Under the pieces are notes generated by a model. It made no database searches. It was not told the DNA's origin and worked only from the letters and a program-made list of their open reading frames with translations. A stretch of DNA of 49,038 bases from the NCBI GenBank assembly GCA_045579105.1, contig JAZNLM010000004.1:1-49038 (forward strand), given 5' to 3'. Source of the DNA: Candidatus Flemingiibacterium sp. (GTDB taxonomy: Bacteria; Bacillota; Clostridia; Oscillospirales; CAG-272). Below are positions 28,009 through 37,288 of the stretch, piece by piece. Both the position numbers and the translations under genes were made by a program. The stretch's first letter is position 1, and each line of letters starts with the position of its first letter.

Positions 28009-28044
28009 AGGCAATTTCGTCAGGTGCGAGATTGCCTGTTTTTA
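28009..28044 (+). terminator. intrinsic terminator in leader upstream of rex
   Basis: aggcaatttcg-7nt-cgagattgcct followed by gtttttatt. Confidence 0.65.
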
Positions 28045-28128
28045 TTGATAGTATTATTATCGATTACAGATATATCGATAAATATAACCTCGATATATAA
28101 ATTTGATAATTCCCAAATACGCCGCAGT

Positions 28129-28146
28129 GTGATAAAATATTAACGA
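28129..28146. promoter_or_regulatory. putative Rex operator overlapping an extended -10
   Basis: GTGATAAAATATTAACGA matches 11 of 14 fixed positions of TTGTTAA-N4-TTAACAA; overlaps TGaTAAAAT. Confidence 0.5.
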
Positions 28147-28167
28147 TGTAATTATTGGAGGTAGCAT

Positions 28168-28851
28168 ATGAATCGTCATTCCATTCCCAAGGCGACTCTC
28201 GGTCGACTTCCACAATATCTGCAATATTTGAAAAAAAAAAGCGATGAACACGGTAATACGATTTCCGCAGCTGCGATTGCTCGAGCGCTAGCGCTGGGCG
28301 AAGTACAGGTCCGCAAGGATCTTGCAACAGTAAGCGGTGCCGGTAAACCCAAAGTCGGTTATGAGTGCAGAGAGCTTATAGATGCTCTTGAATGCTGTCT
28401 CGGATATAATGAGTTCACAAATGCGATTTTAGTAGGGGCTGGAAAACTCGGAAAAGCACTTCTTGATTATGATGGTTTCGAAGAGTTCGGTGTTAAAATA
28501 ATTGCAGGCTTTGACTGTAACGAAAAAGTACTTCAGCCTGGAAAGAACGCCAAGCTAATTCTTCCTATTTCCGAGCTTCCGGATTACTGTTCAGAAAATA
28601 ATGTGAAGCTTGGAATCATAACCGTCGGTCAAGGTTCGGCGCAGGAAGTCTGCAACATACTGGTGGCAAACAGAATCACTGCAATATGGAACTTTGCTCC
28701 ATGTGTACTGAATGTACCGCACGGCGTAGTACTAAAGCAGGAAAATCTGGCGCTTTCTCTGGCGTATCTCAATATCTCACTTGCAAACAGTACACGAGCA
28801 GTACAGGAAGAAACTCATAATAATCAGGGAGATAATCAGTATGAAGCTTGA
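28168..28851 (+). CDS. rex: redox-sensing transcriptional repressor Rex
   Basis: IPKATLGRLPQY, QVRKDL, G.PKVGY, VGAGKLGKAL, AIWNFAP. Confidence 0.93.
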   Translation: MNRHSIPKATLGRLPQYLQYLKKKSDEHGNTISAAAIARALALGEVQVRKDLATVSGAGKPKVGYECRELIDALECCLGYNEFTNAILVGAGKLGKALLDYDGFEEFGVKIIAGFDCNEKVLQPGKNAKLILPISELPDYCSENNVKLGIITVGQGSAQEVCNILVANRITAIWNFAPCVLNVPHGVVLKQENLALSLAYLNISLANSTRAVQEETHNNQGDNQYEA

Positions 28852-29227
28852 CAGGGTGATAGCATTAAGATATTGATAAGACTATCTACCGTGACGGTGA
28901 TAGATGTATCAAGGCTTTCAGTTCCAACTATTCGGCTGACGTTCTTAACGAGGCTCTCACTCAGGCAAGAATCGAAGAAACCGGGATTAACATTCCAAAG
29001 ATTTTAGAGTTTGCAATGTTCGATGGAAAGTGGACAATTGTTTTCGAATATATCAAGTGGAAAACGCTTGAACAGCTTATGGAAGAGAATTCAAAAAAAA
29101 GAGTGGCACCTAGAAACAGTATGTTCATAAGTGGATGCCTATAGTCGCCGCTTCTCAATCGGTTAAAGGTAACCAAAGAGAACGCGAGTTTTTGATGAGT
29201 TGGATCGACGTTGTCGATTATCAGTAA
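28841..29227 (+). pseudogene. APH/Ser-Thr-kinase-like phosphotransferase pseudogene
   Basis: MKLDRVIA/KTIYRDGD.CIK..LNEAL.QARIEETG.NIPKILE..EYI joined to KWMPIVAASQSVKG..REFL.SW.DVVDYQ*; frameshifts, HGD catalytic core absent. Confidence 0.75.
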
Positions 29228-29301
29228 ATTAAAGTCTATATGCGTAGTAGGAGATGCTCCTGCCGCAGCTAAAATCAAAATAAATTATGTGAGGTAAAAA
29301 C

Positions 29302-29544
29302 ATGCTTAAAATCACAGTTTGTATCGGAAGCTCGTGCCACATTAAAGGCTCCCGTCAGGTAGTTGAACAGCTTCAGCACTTAATTTCCGAAAATAATATA
29401 GGAGATAAGGTTGAGCTCGGAGGCACCTTTTGCATGGGCAAATGTCAGCAGGGTGTATGCGTAACAGTGGGCGAAGAATTTCATTCCGTAACTCCCGAAA
29501 ATGTTGGTCAGTTTTTTGCCGAGGAAGTTTTAGCAAAGGTATAA
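29302..29544 (+). CDS. HfsA-like thioredoxin-fold 2Fe-2S ferredoxin (copy 1)
   Basis: VCIGSSCHIKGS...FCMGKC. Confidence 0.85.
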   Translation: MLKITVCIGSSCHIKGSRQVVEQLQHLISENNIGDKVELGGTFCMGKCQQGVCVTVGEEFHSVTPENVGQFFAEEVLAKV

Positions 29545-29547
29545 GAT

Positions 29548-29811
29548 ATGCTGTTTATTCAAGTTTGTGTGGGCTCTTCGTGCCATCTCAAAGGCTCGCA
29601 GGATATAGTGGAACTTTTGCAGAAGGCTGTGGAAGAACACCATATTGAAGATGAGGTTGTTCTTTCGGGCAGCTTCTGTATTGGAAAATGTAATCGCGTT
29701 GGCGTTACAGTTCAGGTAAACGATGATATTCACATCGGTGTTACAAGAGAAAATTTCAGAGAGTTTTTTAAAGAAAACATACTCGACATAATTGAAAGCG
29801 AAAGGAAGTGA
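29548..29811 (+). CDS. HfsA-like thioredoxin-fold 2Fe-2S ferredoxin (copy 2)
   Basis: VCVGSSCHLKGS...FCIGKC. Confidence 0.85.
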   Translation: MLFIQVCVGSSCHLKGSQDIVELLQKAVEEHHIEDEVVLSGSFCIGKCNRVGVTVQVNDDIHIGVTRENFREFFKENILDIIESERK

Positions 29812-29816
29812 TGGCT

Positions 29817-31496
29817 ATGCCAAACTGTTTGACGCTGAAAAAATCCAACTGTAAAAACTGTTACAAGTGTATCCGTCACTGTCCTGTAAAAGCGATTCGC
29901 TTCTCGGGCAATCAGGCGCATATCATAGGCAATGAGTGTATTCTATGCGGTCACTGTTTTGTTGTTTGCCCCCAAAACGCCAAGGAAATTGTAGACGGCA
30001 CCGAAAAGGCGCGCGTTCTTCTCCAAAGCGGAGATCCGGTTTACGTAAGCCTGGCGCCTTCGTTTATAGCAAACTACAGTGGTGTCGGAATAGCGTCAAT
30101 GCAACGCGCTCTCAAAAAGCTCGGTTTTGCCGACGTTGAGGAAACGGCGCTCGGAGCAACTATCGTCAAGACCGAATACGAGCGTATGCTTCACGAAGAG
30201 GACCGCGACATTATAATCACATCCTGTTGTCATTCGGTAAATCTGCTTATTCAAAAGTACTTCCCTTCTTGCCTCGAGTACCTTGCCGATGTTATGTCGC
30301 CGATGCAGGCACACTGCGCTGACATAAAGAGGCGTTATCCCAATGCTAAAACTGTGTTTATAGGTCCGTGTGTTGCAAAGAAGGATGAAGCGGAGTATTA
30401 CGAAGGTTTGGTTGATGTTGCTCTTACGTTTGAGGAACTTACAAATTGGCTTAAAGCCGAGGGAATTGAACTCGAGCAGGACATTGATAACACACCGGAC
30501 AGTCGCGCACGTTTCTTCCCAACAACCGGCGGTATACTTAAAACAATGACGAAAAACGAGCCGGGGTATACATATCTCGCACTGGATGGTGTTGAAAACT
30601 GTATCGCAGCGTTAAAAGATATTGAAAGCGGCAAAATACACAAATGCTTTATTGAAATGTCTGCTTGTGTAGGCAGTTGTATAGGCGGTCCCGTTATGGA
30701 AAAGTATCACCGTGCTTCTCCTATCAAGGATTATATAACGATATCCAATTATGCAGGCGATAAAGACTTTGATGTAGCACAGCCCGCACCTATGGATCTT
30801 AAAAAGCATTTCACAATGATCGAGCACAGACTCGCACAGCCATCTGAAGCCGAAATTACGACGGTACTCCGCCAAATGGGTAAGTTCAAGGCGGCTGATG
30901 AGCTTAACTGCGGCTCATGCGGATATAATTCCTGCCGTGAAAAGGCAATTGCCATTATTCAGGGCAAGGCGGAAAGCTCTATGTGTCTTCCCTTCCTTAA
31001 AGACAAAGCAGAAAGCTTCTCCGACACTATCGTTAAAAACACTCCGTACGGACTTATCGTCCTTAACGAAAATTTTGAGGTTCAGCAGGTCAACGCGTCA
31101 GCGCGTAAGATCATGAATATCCGCGCGGAATCCGACGTGCTCGGAGAACCGGTTATCCGAATTCTCGACCCTACTGTCTTTGTAGAAGTAAAAAACAGCG
31201 GTCACGGAGTAAGAGATCAGCTTGTATACCTTGCGGAATACAAGCGCTATGTCGAGCAGACGGTTGTTTACGATCCGGAATCACGTTTGTTTATTGGAAT
31301 TATGCGCGATATAACCGACGAAGAAGCTGATCGCGAGAAAAAAGCTCTAATCAACAAGCAGACTATCGAGGTTGCCAACACAGTCGTTGAAAAGCAGATG
31401 CGAATTGTTCAGGAGATTGCATCCTTGCTCGGTGAAACTGCAGCCGAAACAAAGATAGCTCTTACTAAGCTAAAGGAGTCTATCGGCGATGAATGA
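29817..31496 (+). CDS. hfsB: sensory group C [FeFe]-hydrogenase with FeS and PAS domains (HfsB/HydS)
   Basis: two 4Fe-4S motifs, TSCCHS, GPCVAKKDE, EMSACVGSCIGG, NCGSCGY.SC, PAS region, KQMRIVQEIASLLGE. Confidence 0.88.
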   Translation: MPNCLTLKKSNCKNCYKCIRHCPVKAIRFSGNQAHIIGNECILCGHCFVVCPQNAKEIVDGTEKARVLLQSGDPVYVSLAPSFIANYSGVGIASMQRALKKLGFADVEETALGATIVKTEYERMLHEEDRDIIITSCCHSVNLLIQKYFPSCLEYLADVMSPMQAHCADIKRRYPNAKTVFIGPCVAKKDEAEYYEGLVDVALTFEELTNWLKAEGIELEQDIDNTPDSRARFFPTTGGILKTMTKNEPGYTYLALDGVENCIAALKDIESGKIHKCFIEMSACVGSCIGGPVMEKYHRASPIKDYITISNYAGDKDFDVAQPAPMDLKKHFTMIEHRLAQPSEAEITTVLRQMGKFKAADELNCGSCGYNSCREKAIAIIQGKAESSMCLPFLKDKAESFSDTIVKNTPYGLIVLNENFEVQQVNASARKIMNIRAESDVLGEPVIRILDPTVFVEVKNSGHGVRDQLVYLAEYKRYVEQTVVYDPESRLFIGIMRDITDEEADREKKALINKQTIEVANTVVEKQMRIVQEIASLLGETAAETKIALTKLKESIGDE

Positions 31497-32661
31497 CTTG
31501 TGTGCAGATATAGGACATAAAAGCATTAATCATGTGGGTGAAGAACTCTGCGGCGATCATGTGGACGTGGTTGAGGAAAATGAGAATTCCACAGTCATAG
31601 TGCTTGCCGACGGTCTTGGCTCCGGTGTAAAAGCAAGTATTCTCTCAACGCTTACATCAAAGATTATATCCACGATGATGGCGGCCGGACTTCCCATTGA
31701 AGAGTGTGTTTCAACAATAGCGGCAACACTTCCCGTTTGCTCGCTGCGAGGCGTTGCATATTCCACCTTCACCATAATTCACATTCTTAATAATGAGCTC
31801 GCCGAAATCATTCAGTACGATAATCCTCACGTTATCGTTATCAGAAACTTCGAGATCTATGATTACCCCAAGACCGAAATGAATATCGGCGGAAAGAAAA
31901 TCTACAAATCAACAATAAGATTGCAGGAAGACGACGTATTCATTGCGATGAGCGATGGCTGTCCTCACGCGGGTATGGGCGGAAGATACAACTTCGGCTG
32001 GAAGCGTGAAGAAATTGCCGAATATATGCAGACACTTGTTGCAGGCGGATATACAGCTAAAAACCTTTCAACTATGCTTGTCGATGAGTGCGATAAGCTT
32101 TACGATCATAAGCCCGGTGACGATACCACATCGTGTGTTGTAAAAATCCGCAAGAGAGAACCGATGAACATTCTGTTCGGCCCTCCTTCAAATCGTGACG
32201 ATGCAAACCGTATGATGTCACTTTTCTTCTCAAAGGAAGGAAAACACATCGTGTGCGGCGGCACGACCTCATCAATTGCAGCAAAGTATCTTGGCAAGCC
32301 TGTGCAGACCAGCCTCACATTCGAGCGAAGCGACGTTCCGCCGATTGCCAAAATCGAAGGTGTTGACCTTGTTACCGAGGGCGTTATAACCATGAACAAG
32401 GTTATCCAATATGCCAAGGATTACCTCGGAGATAATGAATTATACGAGGAATGGAACTTCAAAAAGGACGGTGCGTCACTTATAAGCCGACTTCTGTTTG
32501 AAGAAGCAACAGATATCAATTTCTATGTAGGAAGAGCGGTAAATCCGGCACATCAGAACCCGGATCTTCCAATTAACTTCAATATTAAGATGAACCTTGT
32601 TAAGGAACTCTCAAACTGCCTTTCAAAAATGGGTAAGCGTATCAAGGTAAGTTATTTTTAA
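31489..32661 (+). CDS. hfsC: SpoIIE/PP2C-type Ser/Thr phosphatase (HfsC)
   Basis: LCGD, LADGLGSGVKA, MSDG, PGDDTT. Confidence 0.88.
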   Translation: MNDLCADIGHKSINHVGEELCGDHVDVVEENENSTVIVLADGLGSGVKASILSTLTSKIISTMMAAGLPIEECVSTIAATLPVCSLRGVAYSTFTIIHILNNELAEIIQYDNPHVIVIRNFEIYDYPKTEMNIGGKKIYKSTIRLQEDDVFIAMSDGCPHAGMGGRYNFGWKREEIAEYMQTLVAGGYTAKNLSTMLVDECDKLYDHKPGDDTTSCVVKIRKREPMNILFGPPSNRDDANRMMSLFFSKEGKHIVCGGTTSSIAAKYLGKPVQTSLTFERSDVPPIAKIEGVDLVTEGVITMNKVIQYAKDYLGDNELYEEWNFKKDGASLISRLLFEEATDINFYVGRAVNPAHQNPDLPINFNIKMNLVKELSNCLSKMGKRIKVSYF

Positions 32662-32681
32662 CAGATAGGAGAAAGAAAAAA

Positions 32682-33629
32682 ATGCAAAAGAAAGTTACAA
32701 TTATTGGCGCAGGCGCTGTTGGCTCTACTACCGCATTTGCACTGCTTGCACGCGGTGCGGCTTCCAAAGTCGTTTTAATTGACGTAAACACCGAAAAAGC
32801 GCTTGGCGAAGCACTTGACATCAAGCAAGCTACCCCCATTATCGGCAACTGCGATATTTACGCCGGAAGCTATGCTGATGCTGTTGACTCTGATGTTGTT
32901 ATCATCACATCGGGAATCGGAAGAAAACCCGGTCAGACGCGTCTTGAGCTTGTTCAGACCAATGTTGGTATCATTAAGGGCATCGCGCCTGAAATTGTCA
33001 AGGCGGCGCCGAACGCTCTCTACATACTTGTTGCTAACCCCGTTGATATTCTTACTTATGCATTCTTAAAATACACCGGTCTTCCGAAAAATCAGGTTTT
33101 CGGTACCGGTACTGTGCTCGACACTATCCGTCTTCGCACCCGCCTTGCGGAAATTTACAATGTAAACAAGCAGCAGGTTCACGCCAACGTGCTCGGCGAG
33201 CACGGCGACACGTCGTTTGTTGCCTGGTCCACCGCAACAATCGCAGGTGTTCCGCTGTCAGAGTATAACAGCGCTATTGCATCTTCCTATAAAATTCCCA
33301 ATGAGTACAAGCGCGAGGACGTTGAAACTTACGTGAGAAAGTCCGGCGGAAAAATCATTGCCCGCAAGGGTTGCACCGTATACGGTATCGGAATGACCTC
33401 AACTCATATTGTGCAGGCAATCAGCGGCAGCGCGGAAACTGCTATGACTGTATCCTCGCTTCACGAAGGTGAATACGGAATCAGCGATGTTTGCCTCAGC
33501 TCGCTTTCTCTTGTTGACCACACCGGCGTTCGTTCCATTCTCACACAGAAGCTCACAGACGAGGAGCATAAGAAGCTGCTTCAGTCCGCAGAAGCTCTTA
33601 AGGCTGTTATAAACAGCGTAACCTTCTAA
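32682..33629 (+). CDS. mdh: LDH/MDH family dehydrogenase, probably malate dehydrogenase
   Basis: GAGAVG, GIGRKPGQTRLEL (Arg at LDH position 102), NPVD, LDTIR, GEHGDT; context with fumC and pckG. Confidence 0.75.
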   Translation: MQKKVTIIGAGAVGSTTAFALLARGAASKVVLIDVNTEKALGEALDIKQATPIIGNCDIYAGSYADAVDSDVVIITSGIGRKPGQTRLELVQTNVGIIKGIAPEIVKAAPNALYILVANPVDILTYAFLKYTGLPKNQVFGTGTVLDTIRLRTRLAEIYNVNKQQVHANVLGEHGDTSFVAWSTATIAGVPLSEYNSAIASSYKIPNEYKREDVETYVRKSGGKIIARKGCTVYGIGMTSTHIVQAISGSAETAMTVSSLHEGEYGISDVCLSSLSLVDHTGVRSILTQKLTDEEHKKLLQSAEALKAVINSVTF

Positions 33630-33641
33630 AAAGGAAAATTT

Positions 33642-35072
33642 ATGAGAAAATTTGATACAAAAGTACAGCATCTTAAATATAAGGTACTACGCGAGGTTGC
33701 CAAGCTCGCATGGAACGATACTCTGCTCGATAATATGATGGATATTCCGAAAAGACTTATTTCGGGCAAAGAACCCACGATGCGCTGCTGTGTTTATAAA
33801 GAACGTGCAATCCTCGGAGAACGCGTAAAGATTGCTATGGGCGGCGACAAAAGCAATCCCAACGTAATTGAGGTTATCGAAATTGCCTGTGATGAATGTC
33901 CTGTAGGCGGATTTGAAGTAACACACGCCTGCCGCGGATGCCTCGCTCACCGCTGTGAGGATGTATGTAAATTCGGCGCAATTTCTTTCGATCACAACCA
34001 TGTGGCACACATTGATAAGTCAAAGTGTAAGGAATGCGGCGCATGCGCAAGGGTTTGTCCTTATACTGCAATAGTCAGCCGTAAGCGTCCGTGTCAGAAC
34101 GCCTGCAAAGTCAAGGCTATTTCTATGAATGAAGATAAGGCGGCGGCTATTGATAATTCAAAGTGTATTCAGTGCGGCGCATGCGTATATCAGTGTCCGT
34201 TCGGAGCAATCACTGATAAGTCGTACATAGTCAATGCCATTGACATACTCAAAAAGAGTGAACGAAATACACCCAGCGGTAGCTATAAAGTCTATGCCGT
34301 TGTTGCACCGTCAATTTCGAGTCAGTTCTCCTATGCAAAGCTCGGTCAAGTTGTTACGGGCCTTAAAAAGCTTGGCTTCCACGATGTTATAGAAGCGGCA
34401 CTCGGAGCTGATATGGTTGCAATGGCTGAGGCAAAGGAGATTTCCGAAAAGGGCCTTCTCACAAGTTCCTGCTGTCCATCTTTCGTTCAGTATATAAAGT
34501 CCGCATTCCCTGACCTTGTAGAGCACATCTCGCATAATATGTCACCTATGGCGGTGCTCGCAAAGTATATTAAGCAAACAACTCCAAACGCCAAGGTTAT
34601 TTTCATTGGTCCATGCACCTCTAAGAAGGCCGAAGCGCAGCTTGAAAGTGTGAAACCCTACGTTGACACGGTTCTTACCTTCGAAGAACTTCAGGCGCTG
34701 TTTGACAGCCGCGATATCGATATCGCATCGCTTGAAGTTGGCGTGCTTGATAACGCATCTTATTTCGGACGAATTTTTGCACGAAGCGGCGGTCTTTCCG
34801 ATGCGGCAGCTCAGGCAATCAAGGAACAGAACATCGGCTTCGAGTTGAAGCCGGTTGTGTGTGACGGAATTGAAGCTTGCCGTATGGCGCTGTTAAAACT
34901 CAGCAAGGGTGTGCTTGACGGAAACTTTATCGAAGGTATGGCATGTGTAGGCGGTTGTATCGGCGGTGCAGGATGTCTTACACACGGCGAAAAGAACAAG
35001 TCTGAGGTTGACAAATACGGCAAAGAAGCACTTGAAAAAACTATCGGAGATGCCGTATCGGTTCTGAAATAA
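33642..35072 (+). CDS. hfsD: group B ferredoxin-type [FeFe]-hydrogenase (HfsD/HydA2-like)
   Basis: RCCVYKERAI, multiple 4Fe-4S motifs, TSSCCPSF, GPCTSKKAE, EGMACVGGCIGG. Confidence 0.9.
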   Translation: MRKFDTKVQHLKYKVLREVAKLAWNDTLLDNMMDIPKRLISGKEPTMRCCVYKERAILGERVKIAMGGDKSNPNVIEVIEIACDECPVGGFEVTHACRGCLAHRCEDVCKFGAISFDHNHVAHIDKSKCKECGACARVCPYTAIVSRKRPCQNACKVKAISMNEDKAAAIDNSKCIQCGACVYQCPFGAITDKSYIVNAIDILKKSERNTPSGSYKVYAVVAPSISSQFSYAKLGQVVTGLKKLGFHDVIEAALGADMVAMAEAKEISEKGLLTSSCCPSFVQYIKSAFPDLVEHISHNMSPMAVLAKYIKQTTPNAKVIFIGPCTSKKAEAQLESVKPYVDTVLTFEELQALFDSRDIDIASLEVGVLDNASYFGRIFARSGGLSDAAAQAIKEQNIGFELKPVVCDGIEACRMALLKLSKGVLDGNFIEGMACVGGCIGGAGCLTHGEKNKSEVDKYGKEALEKTIGDAVSVLK

Positions 35073-35110
35073 TAATTCTCAATTAAATATATTTGAAAGG
35101 GTAATTAAAG

Positions 35111-36487
35111 ATGGAATACCGTATTGAACATGACTCTATGGGTGAGGTAAAGGTTCCCACTGATAAGCTTTGGGCTGCCCAGACGCAGAGAAGTCATGAG
35201 AATTTTGAAATCGGTGTGGGAATTGAAACCATGCCCCGCGAGATTGTTCACGCGTTCGGAATACTTAAGAAGGCCGCGGCTCTCGCAAATCATGAACTTA
35301 AGCCTGAAAAGATGACAAAAGAAAAGGTTGAAGCAATCTGTGCGGCGTGCGACGAGGTTATCGAAGGAAAGCTTATGGAGCACTTCCCTCTCGTTGTATG
35401 GCAGACCGGCTCTGGTACGCAGTCCAATATGAACTCCAATGAGGTTATCAGAAACCGCGCAAATCAGATTATCGGCAAAGAGTTAACTCACCCCAACGAT
35501 GACATAAATATGTCGCAGTCTTCAAACGACACTTTCCCGACGGCGATGCATATATCGGCTGTTATTGCAATCGAAGACAAGCTTATCCCCGCTGTGGAAC
35601 AGCTTATTGATACGCTTAAACGCCTTGAGGCAGAAAATGAGGGCATCGTTAAGTCCGGACGTACACATCTTCAGGATGCAACTCCCATAAAGTTCTCGCA
35701 GGAAATCTCCGGCTGGAGAAGTTCACTTGAACGCGACGTTGAGCTTTTAAGACTTGCCGTAAAGCCGCTTTATGAGCTTGCGCTCGGCGGTACTGCTGTT
35801 GGTACCGGTCTTAATGCGCCGAAGGGATTTGACACACTTGTTGCAAAGAAGTGCGCAGAGCTTACCGGTAAGCCGTTCGTTACCGCACAGAATAAGTTCC
35901 ACGCGCTTACATCGAAGGACGAGCTTGTATTCGCGCACGGCGCAATCAAGGCGACTGCGGCAGATATGATGAAAATTGCAAACGACGTACGTTGGCTTGC
36001 ATCCGGTCCTCGTGATGGTCTTGGCGAAATTTTCATTCCCGAAAACGAGCCGGGTTCTTCTATTATGCCCGGTAAGGTTAACCCCACCCAGTGCGAGGCT
36101 GTTACTATGGTGGCTGTTCAGGTTATGGGTAATGACGTTGCAGTTGGTATGGCGGCATCGCAGGGTAATTTCGAGCTTAACGTATTTATGCCCGTAGCGG
36201 CGTACAATTTCCTTCAGTCCGCAAGACTTCTATCAGAGGCTATAGTTTCCTTCAACAAGAACTGTGCTGTGGGAATCAAGGCAAACAAGGAAAAGATGCA
36301 TCACAATCTTCACAATTCGCTTATGCTCGTAACTGCGCTCAATCCCTACATCGGCTACGAGAACGCGGCAAAGACCGCAAAGAAGGCGTACAAGGACAAC
36401 ATTTCGCTGAAAGAAGCTTGTGTTGAGCTTGGTTTCCTCACCGCCGAAAAGTTCGACGAGGTGTTCCATCCCGAACAGATGGTTTAA
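35111..36487 (+). CDS. fumC: class II fumarate hydratase
   Basis: WQTGSGTQSNMN, SQSSNDTFPT, GRTHLQDATP, GSSIMPGKVNPTQCE. Confidence 0.96.
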   Translation: MEYRIEHDSMGEVKVPTDKLWAAQTQRSHENFEIGVGIETMPREIVHAFGILKKAAALANHELKPEKMTKEKVEAICAACDEVIEGKLMEHFPLVVWQTGSGTQSNMNSNEVIRNRANQIIGKELTHPNDDINMSQSSNDTFPTAMHISAVIAIEDKLIPAVEQLIDTLKRLEAENEGIVKSGRTHLQDATPIKFSQEISGWRSSLERDVELLRLAVKPLYELALGGTAVGTGLNAPKGFDTLVAKKCAELTGKPFVTAQNKFHALTSKDELVFAHGAIKATAADMMKIANDVRWLASGPRDGLGEIFIPENEPGSSIMPGKVNPTQCEAVTMVAVQVMGNDVAVGMAASQGNFELNVFMPVAAYNFLQSARLLSEAIVSFNKNCAVGIKANKEKMHHNLHNSLMLVTALNPYIGYENAAKTAKKAYKDNISLKEACVELGFLTAEKFDEVFHPEQMV

Positions 36488-36504
36488 TACAGGGAGGGTA
36501 ATAA

Positions 36505-37287
36505 ATGAAAGTAACATATTTTCCCGGCTGTACATTAAAGAACAAGGCACGGGATCTTGATGAATATGCAAAAAAATCCGCAGAGGTGCTTGGTGTAACC
36601 TTAGAGGAGCCTGAAATGTGGCAGTGCTGTGGCGGCGTATTTACAACTGCAAACGATGAGGTTGCCACAAAGCTTTCCTCTGTGCGTCTGCTCCGCGCCG
36701 CAAAGGCTGCAAATCAGCCGCTCGTAACCGTTTGCTCGGCATGTCACAACGTTGTAAAGCAGACAAATTATGCTATGAAAAACGATTCCGTTTTTGCCGA
36801 TCGCGTTAACCGTTATATGTCAGAAGAAACACCGTACAACGGCGAGGCAACAGTTTATCACTATCTTGAGCTTCTCCGTGACGTTGTCGGATTTGACAAC
36901 GTTGCAAAGGCAGTCAAAAAGCCGCTGGAAGGCAAAAAGATCGGTGCGTATTACGGTTGTCTGCTTCTTCGTCCCGGCAAGGTACTTGGCATGGACGATC
37001 CCGAAAATCCGCGCATACTCGAAGACCTCATCCGCGCACTCGGCGGTGAGCCTGTAATTTACGCAAGACGCAACGAGTGCTGCGGTGCATATGTTTCTGT
37101 GGAATCTCCTATAACAGCAGAGAGAAACAGCAACAAGATTATAGATAACGCAGTATCTGTGGGCGCAGATATGCTTGTAACAGCTTGTCCGCTTTGCAAG
37201 TACAATCTTGAAAAACACAGCGATAAACTCCCCGTAGTTTACTTTACAGAGCTTCTTGCCGAGGCGCTTGGTATAAAGGAGGACTAA
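36505..37287 (+). CDS. hdrB: heterodisulfide reductase subunit B (CCG domains)
   Basis: YFPGC, QCCGG, CSAC, YYGCLLLRP, ECCGA, ACPLC. Confidence 0.9.
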   Translation: MKVTYFPGCTLKNKARDLDEYAKKSAEVLGVTLEEPEMWQCCGGVFTTANDEVATKLSSVRLLRAAKAANQPLVTVCSACHNVVKQTNYAMKNDSVFADRVNRYMSEETPYNGEATVYHYLELLRDVVGFDNVAKAVKKPLEGKKIGAYYGCLLLRPGKVLGMDDPENPRILEDLIRALGGEPVIYARRNECCGAYVSVESPITAERNSNKIIDNAVSVGADMLVTACPLCKYNLEKHSDKLPVVYFTELLAEALGIKED

Positions 37288-37288
37288 A

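Noticed and set aside
27930-28044. Known riboswitch in the rex leader
   Set aside because: Only a short tcaggtg match; no full aptamer consensus recognisable by eye.
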